NCBI GenBank assembly: GCA_002269645.1
Contig: NIVC01001703.1
Location: 1-64,000, forward strand
Length of the DNA: 64,000 bases
Reading direction: 5' to 3'
From: Macrostomum lignano
Taxonomy: Eukaryota
The notes under the pieces are model-generated. The model saw only the letters and a program-made list of their open reading frames with translations, searched no databases and was not told the origin of the DNA. Made by a program: the position numbers and the translations under genes. Each line of letters starts with the position of its first letter. Position 1 is the first letter of the stretch. Positions 25,350-37,400 of the stretch are shown piece after piece.

Positions 25350-25400
25350 GCCAGTGGGCGGGGCTCGGCATTGGCTGGCAGATTTTCTGGGTCTATAAAT
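25350..25400 (+). promoter_or_regulatory. Candidate core promoter between divergent TIM21 and DM9a: GC box (gggcgggg 25356), reverse CCAAT (attgg 25370), TATAAAT (25394)
   Basis: Motifs seen in canonical order ~100 bp upstream of the DM9a ATG; function inferred. Confidence 0.45.
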
Positions 25401-25494
25401 TAGCCTCAGCAATAGGTGAGCCGAGGCCTCTCTTTGCCAATTAAGGTCCCTCATTTAGCAACACAAAACAGACGCTAAACACAACTCAGCCAGC

Positions 25495-26072
25495 ATGAGC
25501 ACCTTCAAGAGCAGCGGTGGCAAGGGCGTGGATCTCTGCCTGTCCTGGGTCAACGCCGCCAACGGCGAAATCCCGGCTGGTGCCGTGAGCATCGGTGGCG
25601 ACGTGTTCGTTGCCAGGTGCTTCAGCGATGGAGAGCTGCTGCCAGGCAAGGTGGCCGCTGGTCACAACAGCTGCTACGCCCCCTATGATGGCGAGGAGAA
25701 ATGCTGCGACACCTACCAGGTGATCAATCAGTGCGCATATTCACCTCAGGCCAATTAATATTACTATTATTATTTAACCAAAATGATTGACAACTTCCAC
25801 AGGTTCTGTGCGAGACCTGCAATCACGGCCTGACTGGCGGCCCAGGCTTCGAGTGGGTGGCCTGGAGCGGCAACACGGCCCCCAAGCACGCCCTGATCAG
25901 CGGCAGCGACCAGGGCCGGCCGCTGTACGTGGCCAAGGCCAACATTGACGGGGAGTGGTGCGCTGGCAAGTACATCCCGGACTATGGCAAGGCCTATTTC
26001 TCCTGCGGCGGCGCTGAGCACGAGAAGGAGGACGACTTTGAGGTGCTGGTGATGTGCACCCGCTCTGGCTGA
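25495..26072 (+). CDS. DM9-repeat (DUF3421) lectin-like protein, paralogue a, 164 aa. Exons 25495-25719, 25803-26072
   Basis: Two DM9 repeats (W...GEIPAGAV...VFVARC...LPGKV...YQVL; WV...AP..ALI.GSDQGRPLYVAKA...CAGKY...YF..GG.EHE...FEVLV); 83-bp GT-AG intron in phase 0. Confidence 0.88.
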
Positions 26073-26660
26073 GCACAACTGACTTAACAACAACAACAGA
26101 CAGTTCAAACTGTTCAAACTAGCTTAAATTAAAATCATTAGAATGCAGACTTGCGCACCTCTTGGCAGCAAGACTCCGATCAAGTATTGAGAATTGAATA
26201 AGAAGACGAGTGGCGATGTGATTATTCAACATATTGCATATTTATTAGGATACTATATTACACAATAAATATATACAAAAGCATAACCAAGCTACAAATA
26301 TTTAGTGCTTTTATTCAAACACGATGCTTCTTATATCATTTGTCTGCTACAAATTATAAGCTATGATAAAACTAAAACAAAGCTCAATACAAGCCAAGTA
26401 TCTGCCTAATAAAACAATTGTAAACCATTTGGACATAAAACAAAAGATAAAAACAAAAGCATTATAAATATACTTGAAGGTTAAAAATAAAAATATATAT
26501 ATCAACAATCATTACTTCTGTGACAAAAATACTACTTTCAATATTAATTAGAGTGCCTTTTGCAATTCCAACACTTGAAGTTGGTATTTTTGTTCATTAT
26601 GGCTAGTGAGACAAATTTAAAGCAAAAGTTTTTTTTACACAAAATCTACAAAACTACTAA

Positions 26661-26808
26661 CAAAAGTAAAAGAAAGGAGATTGTGAGCATTTTCATTAGA
26701 ATGACATGTTTTGCCGAACTTTAGGCATCATTGGGCAGATTGGAATTTATTTAATTTAAGTCAAATCTCCTTTGACTTAAATTCGCAATCTCCTTTCTTT
26801 TACTTCTC
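26661..26808. other. Small foldback: ~22-bp inverted repeats (aagtaaaagaaaggagattg) enclosing a perfect 13-bp-stem hairpin (26753-26783)
   Basis: Inverted repeats read directly; no TSD found. Confidence 0.45.
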
Positions 26809-28946
26809 ATTATCAAGTGTGCTGTTCTACCAGAACTAACAAAAGTATATTACTGTTTTTACATTCCATACTGCTGGCTTCATAGAACTGCTTTTTGACA
26901 ATATTTGATTAGATATAAAAGCTTATAAGAGCTTATGAGTTACATAAGAAGCAGTATTAAGTAGTAAAGGATAAGATTCTTTAGAATAAAGCAAATAAAA
27001 TATTTTTATATTTTGAATTATCAATAAAACAAGAGGGACACAAGTTGACTAATAGGACACTTTCACAATAGTAATGGAAAACATGCTTGTAGCAAAATGA
27101 ATTAAATTATAAATGATGAATGAATGGATAATATCAACATTTAACAAGGAGCTTTGTGATTTTATATCTTCATTTTTTTCTTAATATTGATTACAAATAT
27201 AGAAATCTTAAAGAAGCTTATGAGATTTAGACCCAAGAATAAAGGCTAGACAAGTAGGAGTTTTTGTCAAGTTGAGTAGTGAGTTGAGTTCTGTTGCCTT
27301 AAGTTAAGTATTTTTAGTTGTTTTAGTGAAAATTTTGATAAATACTTTTTACTAAAAGATTTTCTGCTTTTAAGTATAAAAAACTATAGTGTTTTGTCTC
27401 TTTATTGCTACCACCCTGTGTTACAACAGTGCAATGTCATTATTTCAAAAAATTGATAATACTACTTATTACTATTTGCTATGTAGTAGTAGTATAGCAA
27501 ATGGCTGACTATGCCTATCAGTGGTGTTGCCATAGACATCTAAAAACAGAAACAGTGAAACTAATTTGAACTCAATTAATAACAATTAGAATATATCTAG
27601 CATTTATAAAATGTACTATGCTTTCATTTTCTCTTGTTTTAATAGGATCAAATCTTATTACAACTACTATGATACCATTTGTCCTAAAAAAATAACTAAA
27701 ACTAACTTGACTCTACTTTTTTTCCTAAACTTAGCAAAGTTGTTTTTACAAAAAGCTTGGGTAGCTTGACTTGAAACTTGATAAGTTGAATATTTGTTTA
27801 GCTACCTTAGATAATACAAGAAAAATTATTTTAGCTAGTATTATGCATCTAAGTAATTGAAATATTTTTTAAATAATATAATAAAAACAATAACTACACT
27901 AATAACAATATAAAGTCTTGTTCAATTTAATAATAACAATTGACTTAATACTCATTGTTTATTAAAAATATTCAATAGTTTGGCATATTTATAAGCACTA
28001 GCATGCAAAACAATATGAAAACTGTTATAAGAATGTTTTAGATTTTGTAACAAAAGGTTATATAGTTTCTAAGGAATTTAATGTTTAAGAAGTGAAAAAA
28101 GAACTAACATAGAATATCTATATATTTATTACATGTACTAATATTTTTATATCAATACTTATTAGCTATTTGAAATTCCTCTGATTACAAACTAGGCCTA
28201 TCCAAAGGTGAAATAGATTAGATTTTTTGTTATAATTTACACATAAAAATTTTAAATGTGGCAATGCAAAAAGGTTCTTTATTGCTATAGAATAAGGTCA
28301 TTGAGTTTTGAAATTTTGGTGTATATTACAAAATCATATTTCCAAATTTTTGCATTTTTGGCATATACGAGTATCTAAAAGTTCTCAAGCTCAAAAACAA
28401 CAATAGAATATACCTTCTTTGTCATAGGGGTGTGCCTTAGGGCCAAGTCACAAATGAATACCACACTATGAGCGGAATCCAGGGGATCTATGTCAGCCAA
28501 CAGGTAGTCAATGAAACACATCAAATGTAGGCCTATCCTCATTAGTATAGTGCTCATAGCATTAGTAGTAGCATTTCCTACACTGGCTATAAGTAATACA
28601 ACTTGGTACAGATAATGTAGCCTGTTATCTAGAGTTGCCCATGGCCTAAAAACTCTGGTGTACACTGGACACCTTCCTGACACTTTTGACAGTAGCATAG
28701 GCCATTGAGTGTATATATAGGCCCTACTAAAAATATATTAGAATACAATGCATTAAATGCTTGCCAAACAAAATGTATGCTAGAAAATTCTGGTATAAAT
28801 GATGTCTTCCAGAGTATAGCTATGACTAAGTCATAAAATTAAGTTGGATTTATATAGCATTAAGTAGCAGGCCTAGTATGATTTTTGAGATAGCACATAT
28901 TATATCATATATTGAAGGCTTCTCTTTAAGGAAAAGTAAGTTCTCA

Positions 28947-29537
28947 GGGTGCAGCCAAAATTGTCATATTCAAAATCGTCATATGATGATGATGACTTGA
29001 ACAAATCTAGAAAACTTAAAAATTTAAATATGATGACTTTGACCAAAAGCAAGAGTATATTAATTTAGGATTTTCCTACTTTCAGGCAAAAATCCCTTGC
29101 ATGCACCCATAATTTTTATATTAACTATGTCAATTAATGCTGATTGCTGCATGACTACTGAGACTAATATATAATAAACAGTAGAGAGATGACGAATATC
29201 AAAACTAATTTATGCGAAGAGAACTGCCTACAATAGCAAAGAACATGAGTTTAAAGTTATATTTCATTCATTGATATACATTTAAGTATCAATTGTTGGC
29301 CAATTAAGTAAAATCACAAATATATAAATGAACTACACTGTATAGTTGACATTTTTATAAGGCTAAGTGCAATGATTAAGGATTTGCATTGTCAAGTTGA
29401 GCGATGAGCCAATTAGCGTCATTCTCATTGCTGACAGCTCATCATCAATACTGAGATGATGACGATTTAGATAATTTAGTTGTTTTTCTCGTAAGCCACA
29501 GATGATGATCTCGAATATGACAACTTCAGCCGGAACT
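28947..29537. mobile_element. MITE, 591 bp, with imperfect ~30-bp TIRs and an 8-bp TSD (agttctca)
   Basis: TSD at 28939-28946 and 29538-29545; TIR core ttgtcatattc on both ends. Confidence 0.65.
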
Positions 29538-30650
29538 AGTTCTCATAGTCATAGGGCCTACACTAATTTTGAGGTAAATAAAATGTCATGAAGCCTTAAC
29601 ACTTTCTGTTTGAATATTTAATTTAGGCTAATAAATTATTTTTTGTTGGTGACAACAATGACCAAAAACTAAATCAATGGGGTTTATTTAATTTAATTAA
29701 TAAAATATATATAAAAATGGCTTGCATAGCATAAGTTTGTGTTTAAAAATTCTTAACACAACTCGAATTTTTTTCTACATCTTGTGACTTGTCATTAAAA
29801 AAACAAGTGCTTCACCCAGCCTAGCAATAGCTATTGGAGTATTGGTAGTATAGAAATATCATAAATTATTTCATCAATAGGCCTATTCTATATCCGTAAT
29901 ATATAGAAAGTCAAAAATGATTACGTGCATGTGCATAATTCATTTTGAAAAGAAAATCGAAAGCAACAGCCTTTTAATTTTTTGCAATGATAATAACTAA
30001 TAAGCATTACTAATAAGCATACTAATGTAACGATAGGTCGATAGCATGTTGTCACTGAAACTTTAAGCCTTTTTCTTGGAAATTATTTTATCAAATATTT
30101 TTGCCCAGTTAAAAAAATTAACAAATTAGGCCTACAAATATCGTTTGGGTGTGAAAAAAAGAAAAATGTTATGCTTCAAGTTTTAAGCCTTTAAGTCCTA
30201 AAACTTGTTTGCTTAAAGTCGGCTTGAAGGCAGCAGAATCGCGAGTCGGCCTCATGCTTAACGCGCGGTTCAAGACGGTAGTCTTCACGGAGCCCTCGGA
30301 CCTGCCTGCCGAGATCAACTACCGAGACACTGCCGGGGAGGCAATCATGCTTACCCGCTGCCAGCGGTTCCTGTACCTCGGCAGCCTCGTGCTGGACATT
30401 GCCGACGACCTAGTAAGACGACGAGGACTGGCCTGGGCCGCGCGTTTCGTTTCGTTCAGTTATTCACAACCTTGGAAACCTTGAAGGACGTCAGTCTTGA
30501 AACACTGATTGATCTCAAATTAAGAACGGAGAGCCGCTTCTCCGGGTGCCGCCGACTCGTGCGTCTTCTCAGCAGGAAGCCGTCATCCGTGTTGGGCAGG
30601 CCGGTCTTCAACACCCAATCCAATGCCAGCACAAACAGGAAAGGCACCAT

Positions 30651-33096
30651 CCCGGGTAGCATTTTGACGTCAATTTGCGGTTGCGTTGACGTCGCAAAAA
30701 TTACCTTCGCAAATCTACATTCAGCCCAGCCCGTCTTCGTTGATATTTTAGTTTTTTTTGCATAATTAGATGCCAGAGTCAATATGCATTTATAGTCATC
30801 ATTTTGCTAGCTCAATTATACCTGTAAAATAGCAAAGAAGTAACGTAAAATATTCGTTGAAAGTAGGTTGAAAAATCAACGTCAAACTTTAGTCATTATG
30901 GAACCCAAAATTTGACGTTTCTATGCTGCATTACTATATAATAACGTAGATTGAATGATTTTATAACGCTGAAAAAAAGTAAGGGAAAAAGTAAGGCTTC
31001 GTTTTTTTACAGTTTTATTTTGTTAATACGTATTAGTAAAATCGTATATTTGAATATTTTGCTGCATGATAAATCGCTTTATATATAATATAGATCATAA
31101 GTGGCGTTGCTTTTTTATTTAGTTAGTGTTACCAGCTATATGAAACTTCACCTTCACGATGATATCAAACGTCATCTGTATTGGAAATATACAGTAATAA
31201 TAGCCTGGCCTACCATAAGTATTGCATTGATTAGGCCTACAACTACTAGAGTTAAACATAATTCCTATCAAAATAATAATTGTCTGGAAATCAAATTCCT
31301 ACATACATACAGTTTGCAAAGAACTGCTTGATTTTCGAATCAGTCTTACTCTCAGCCTAATCATATATAATCATTGGACCTTAGATATCATATCCAAGAT
31401 CCAATTTCAAATTTTTATTTGGAAGGTGCAGTTGTTCTAGCATTTCTATCATACAAAAAAGCTTGGCATACTTGATTTGAAATTAATAATTTTTGTTTCT
31501 TAGTTTTACTAATCAGCCATTTAATGACATTATATCTATTATACATTCTAAGTTCATGTTAGGCCTAGCATTTAAAATATACTTTAGTTTCCTAGTTAGC
31601 TCATTAAAATCTTTAGTAGGCCCTAATTTCTCATTTTAGCACTCTTAGAGCAACAATTTCCTTAACAAACTTATGCTTAGCTATATTCTATATTAAAACA
31701 TATTTATTAATGTTTTGCCCTATCAAGTAGCCTATAGCTTTTTAATCATATTTAGACATGTATTAGACATTATTGTAGCATTGCTAAGGCACTATTGTTT
31801 AATTTATGGTTGAGCAGATTTTTAGTTGAATAGAAAGTCTGAACAAAAGTAAAAATATTTATAAGATTAGGCCTATGTATAGAAATCCTAAGAGTCTAAG
31901 ACTAAGAGTAAGGCTAAAGACTTCTGTATAATATAGTTTTGTATATTGCAATTTATGGATGTATAAAATATAACTGTACAAATGCATAAGTCAAAATCTT
32001 TTTATAACCAAATATACTTTTTCTGCCTATTTCAGATGGCCACCTGGGTGAAAAGGACAGGAGAGATTGCTACTATATGCCATCAATGATACTAATTCCA
32101 ACTCCTAGGATTTGAGGAAGGAGTTGAGGAAGAGGATAACAATTCACCATTTGATTCAGTCTCCTCCAATTCAGAGACTGAGGACTATCAAGAATTTGAT
32201 GTAGATCTTCTGAGTGAAAGACTGGGCAATATGCAGCAATATGCAACTACTCTCTATTTATTTATTCTACAGTTCTGTTGTTTGCTGCTTTCATCCTTAT
32301 ATTTGTTTCAATGACACTGTTTTCAACATTCTATTCTGTTTTGTCAGTACTGTCGTTTTTGGCGCTATTGTAAATTTTTCAACTTTTAAAATTTAATTTA
32401 TTACCATCCTTTTCATAAATTTTCATCTGCAAGCATCAACTTAATTTGTGTTAAAATAACAATTTACGAAAAAAGTAACAATAACTTCTAAATCCAATGT
32501 CTACGATGTATGTATACAAGAGAAGATGAGTATAAGGCTTTGTCCGCATGTATTCTTGTTTAATATTTTCTGGTGAAAATGTAACTTATTAGCCAGGGGC
32601 GTAGCCAAGGGGGTCATTGGGGTCATGAACCCCCCCCCCAGCCGGCTGATCCAAGCCAAATACAGGCAGCAGCCCCCCTCCCCCGTCGCAGAGGCCTAGC
32701 ACCCCGCCCCCGGTTGCCGCTGTGACTGTGACCCCCGGAAGGAAATTCCTAGCTACGCCACTGCTATTAGCTTCTAAAAATAAGATGTGTACATGTACTG
32801 CCTACACACATTCAAAGAAAGTTGACTTCAGAATACAAAGATAACCATCAGTCATAAAGCCGGTAACATTTGTTTTCTTAAAAGACATCATACCAGTCAT
32901 TTCGTGCATTTAAAAGCCATTAAATCTATTAAAAAAGACGGTAAAATTTCGGTACATTTTTACGTCAAAACAACGTCACAGATCCAGGTCAAAATGACGT
33001 AAAAAACATCGACAGAATTGACGTCATTTCGACGTTACACTTTGACCTATTTTCAACGTCATTTTGACGTCGCGCAACGTCACTTTGCTACCCGGG
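30651..33096. mobile_element. Non-autonomous DNA transposon E1, 2446 bp, TIR cccgggtagca, 2-bp TSD AT, GACGTC-rich subterminal repeats (EnSpm/CMC-like or ISL2EU-like)
   Basis: Removing the element and one AT restores cag ggt gac act atg gtg cct ttc (QGDTMVPF) of the RT. Confidence 0.88.
32594..32763. mobile_element. hAT-like MITE, 170 bp, TIR cagg/tggcgtagc, 8-bp TSD (ttattagc/ctattagc), nested in E1
   Basis: TIRs and a 7/8 TSD match read directly; CAG termini with an 8-bp TSD are typical of hAT. Confidence 0.8.
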
Positions 33097-34494
33097 ATAG
33101 TGTCACCCTGCAGCACGCCTGACGACGGGTTGAATTGGTCCGACAGTCCATCTGGCGTCATCACCGAAGCGGTCGCATCCCGATACATCACCATGATGGC
33201 GGAAATCAGTTGTACATTGTACGCGCGAAGCACGAGAGGCAGCGCGACGCGAACCAACGAGTCGAAAGCCTTGAGGAAGTCAATGAAGATCACCACGAGA
33301 CTTTACTGATGGATGCGCGCCTCTTTGATGATCCGGCGGAGGGCTAGGATCTGCGTCACTGTACCGCGATGTGGGCGGAATCCGTTCAGCTCAGGGCGCA
33401 GAAACTGGTCCGACACAGGCTGCAACCGAGCTAGCAGCACGCGGTTGAACAGCTTCGCGGCGCAGGACATGAGCGAGATCCCCTTGTGCTCCTCCTTCCG
33501 TGTCGTGCCTTGCTTCTTTGGGATCGCGACTATGTGCGCGGTTGTCCACTCGCGGGGCGCGGCACCTCCAGATATATTGCGTTTCGTTCTGTGCGCTCCG
33601 TGCTCCATTCTGAGGCCCTGGATGACGAGACTGTCTTGTTGTACAACGCCGAGACCTGGACCCTGACGGACGCCCTGGAGAGGCAGCTAGATGCGGCGCA
33701 TGCGGCCATGCTGCGTGCGGCGTTCAGAGTGTGCAGCGGCCCAGGCAGCGAGACCAACGGCGCGCTCTACACAAGGGTAAGCCTGATGCGGCCTTCTGAC
33801 CTGCTGCGCGGGCGGCGAGTTCGACTAGCTGGCCACGTCATCCGGTCGGAGGCCCACTGCCCTGAGCCGCTATACGAAGTGTTACACGAAGGCACGAGAT
33901 ATCCTGATAGGCTTTTGACCAATGCTGGCGCCCCGGGCTAAGCTGGGTGTGACTTTTTGAGGGCTATGGCCCAGAGACGCGCTCTCTGACTTCTCCCCCC
34001 TTTCTGGCCACTGCGTGGCTGGCGGGTGAAGTATTTTGTTGTTGTTGTTGTTGCTGTTGTTGTTTTTGTTGTTGAACAAACTACAATATACACTCTTACA
34101 AATATATAAGGAAGGGTCGCTATCACATAGCTCAGATAATATAAAGCGTAGATATTCAACGAGTGTAACTTCTATTCTGATTTCCAAAAATACAAGTACT
34201 TTTAAATCGATCTTACAAGAAATTTAAAATTTTGAAAATTCCAGTTACAACACGCTGTGTACGTCAATGCCGCAAAAAGCGTATCATCGAATAATTAATG
34301 ACAAATAGTTTTATTGCTCACCGTTGCTACCGAATTGTACTGCAATTACATGTACTATTGTAATTTTGAGGTTTCATAAACCATGCCTATCTCGGGAAAA
34401 GCGGCAAAATTGCTGTATTGCAGATGCTCATGTTCTCTGTAGTCGTCTTCTTCATGAGACGAACAAGTTGCCGTTTATCAGATCAACCGGAGCG

Positions 34495-37400
34495 CTAGCA
34501 CTTCATGACCAACACGTCGAAACCCTCATCCAGCTCGTGTTCGGAGCCCCCGTAGGAGAAATAGGCCTTGCCAAACTCTGGAATGTACTTCCCGGAGCAC
34601 CATTCCCCGTTGACGGTCGCCCTGGCAACGTACACGGGCTTGCCCTGGTCCGAGCCGCCGATCAGAGCGTATTTTGGGGCCTCGTCGCTGCCGCCACTCC
34701 ACGGCACCCACTGGTATCCCGGGCTGCCAGACAGGCCGACATTGACGGTCTCGCACAGTACCTGCGCGCGTGTATGCAGTATGATGTTAGTTACTAGAGC
34801 TGCTATCAATTACGGGGGGGGGGGTCGTAGCCAAGTGGTTAGAGCGTCGAACTCGATCACGAATCGAAGGTCGGGGTTTGATTCCCGATCCCACTGGAAC
34901 AATTTGTGTCCTTGAGCAAGACACTTAACTCTGCATTGCTTCAGTCCACCCAGCTGTAAAATGGGTGCCAGCATTAGCTGGGGTGATTGAGGGTGTGTGC
35001 AGCGACCCTCCCAGTCTTTGGACTGAACAGCCGTACGCAGCCTTCCCTAGATGAAATCGTCATGCCATTTCTTAGCAGATCTGTCTGGAGCTTCTCGCTA
35101 CGTTCTTGCAAGAACGTAACAGATCTGCACTATTAAAATATATAGGCAGAACTTACAAGATCTGCAGGAAGATCTTGCACGGTCTGCACGAGCAGATCTT
35201 AGGAGATCTGGGCAGATCTTGTAAGATGTATTAGGCTTTACCAATTGAATGCATTGTCCGTCTTATCAAATCTTCCCAGATCTGTTTAGTAATCCATTTA
35301 TAAAACCCCAATGCACTAATTTAATTCCAATAAAGAACACGAGTTATGACAGGACTTTCTTATTTGATTCTGCACTTTTAGTATTGTGCTAGTAAGCTGC
35401 CAGAACAAAAGCAAATGTCATTGAACAATTAAAATAAAGTAGACATATTTATTTGTGAAAATGTAAACAAATACACATATATGCTCATGAAATAAAACTT
35501 CTATGCACAAGGGAAATATCACAAGCAAAAAATAAGTCAACTTCAAAACAAAATTTAAGCACACATTCAATAGAAAAAATACTAATGGTACAATGGACTA
35601 ATAAAATTAGGGTGAGCAATACTTTTAGAAACTAAAAAATAGAAGCAGAAACATTTGAAAAAAACCAGGTGCATCTTTTACTACAATGTACAATTAAATT
35701 GGTATGCAAATAATTGAAACTGAAAGAGTCCAGTACTGAAAGATTTTAAAGTCAATATTGCTAGAAAGCTTACTTTGATATCAATAAAAGTAGGTCTATA
35801 AGAGCTCTTAGTAATACTTTAGGGCTCTTTATCATGTTGCATTTTTACTTTAGGCTGGCTTCATTTTTTCTTTTAGCAATCATAGGATGCTTGCCACTTT
35901 GCCACTTGGTAGGCCTATAAAGACAAGCTTGGAACCCATAAGTAGCGATGCCATATTGACCATGTAAAGTAGCAGCAATTAAAAGGAAAATTGTAGTAAA
36001 GTTCTGGGATTTTAAACATTAATATTGAATTCAAAATAACTAAAATATAAAACAAATATCATTGTTATGTTTTTAAATAGTCAGAGTAATAACTTTTGTA
36101 AAAGTTCTTTGGTCTAATTAAATTTAGACCTGTTTTTCTTCTATTCTATATTTTTCATATTATTTATCTAGGCCTATCTAGTATAAATACTTTTAGATTT
36201 TGCTATGCCTATCTATATTCTTCAAATAGTAGGTCAAGGCTTAAGATAACTTTCTAACAACCATAAGCCTATATTTAAGCATCCAGGTTTAATTCTAATT
36301 CATAAAAACTATACCCTATATAGCAATTACAATTTTTAGTAGAGTAAGGCCTATTTTATTTTAAAATTAAAATGATAAGCCTCTAGTTATAACACTATTT
36401 ACTAAAAATAGACATTACACTCTTAACCTAAGTGTTTAAAATCAAGGAGGGATTAAAACCAAGTTTTACAGATATGTCAGTCTACCTATTTATAAATCTA
36501 GATAAGCATATATAAAACAAACAAAAACAGAATAGACCTATTTAATTAAGATTTACTTACTAGCTAGGTCACTAGAACTAGCCTAGCCCTAGCCTAGGGG
36601 CTAGAACTAGGTATGTATATATAAATATAATATAATGAAATGCAAAAGACTACAAAAAATACAGATCTATGTATGTAACTGAATTTCTGAATTATTAATG
36701 GATTAATGAATTATTAATGGACAACATCACTAGGTCTAGACATGCATTCTGTTTCTATTAAAGCATATAACAAAGTCATAAGCCTAGGCCTACTCATACT
36801 TATAGTCCTGTGAGTAGGAAACAAGCCTAGATATATATATATATATAATATAGATATATATATAGCATATCATACATTTTATAGTCAGTCTGTCAATTAT
36901 GTCAAATTTTTTTAATTGATGACGCGATCTGCTCTTCATTTAAAGCCATAGCTATACTTAATCAAAAAAGTTATTATGGCTAAAAAAGTAAAAAATAGTG
37001 ATACTACACTATGAAACAATTTAAGGAATTAAAAATTATGTATTCGGCTAAGTCAAAAGAAAGAACTGAGATGGATGGATATTGAAAGAGCGAGAATTCA
37101 AACTATAAGGGTCCACTATGTTCAGTTACTGCGGAAAGAGTATTTAAACAAATTCATTTACTGTTGGCTGCCAGAAGAACAACTAAAATGAATACAAATC
37201 ATTACAAAAAACGTAATTACTATTATGTTAAATGTTTTGTGGAAAAAAACAATTCAGACACTTTTCAAAACTGGTCTGTACAGATCTGCAAGAACTGATC
37301 TGACAAGATCCAGCAGAGAAATGTGAAAAAATACGAAAGTTTTTTTTCTGATATACAGTTGGAAATTTTGTTTTCTCTTTACCTAATAAGTATTTTCTAA

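Larger units (their letters stand above)
30224..34076 (+). mobile_element. Rearranged, inactive RTE-type non-LTR retrotransposon. Plus-strand pieces 30224-30451 and 33579-34076 ((GTT)n tail); inverted RT piece 33572-33099 + 30648-30522
   Basis: RT motifs PREWTTAHIVAIPKK, ISLMSCAAKLFNRVL, GFRPHR, FIDFLKAFDS, GVLQGDT/MVPFLF, RVGLMLNA..KT, YLGS and the RTE C-terminal VLLYNAETWTL...RLAGHVIR. One in-frame stop; the YADD motif is absent. Confidence 0.85.

Noticed and set aside
26100-30200. Protein-coding gene or autonomous transposase in the long AT-rich stretch
   Set aside because: Only short low-complexity ORFs with no recognisable motifs are present. I found just small foldback elements.
34814-34900. 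tRNA gene
   Set aside because: A and B boxes are present but I could not form a convincing cloverleaf, and the sequence continues into a SINE body and tail.
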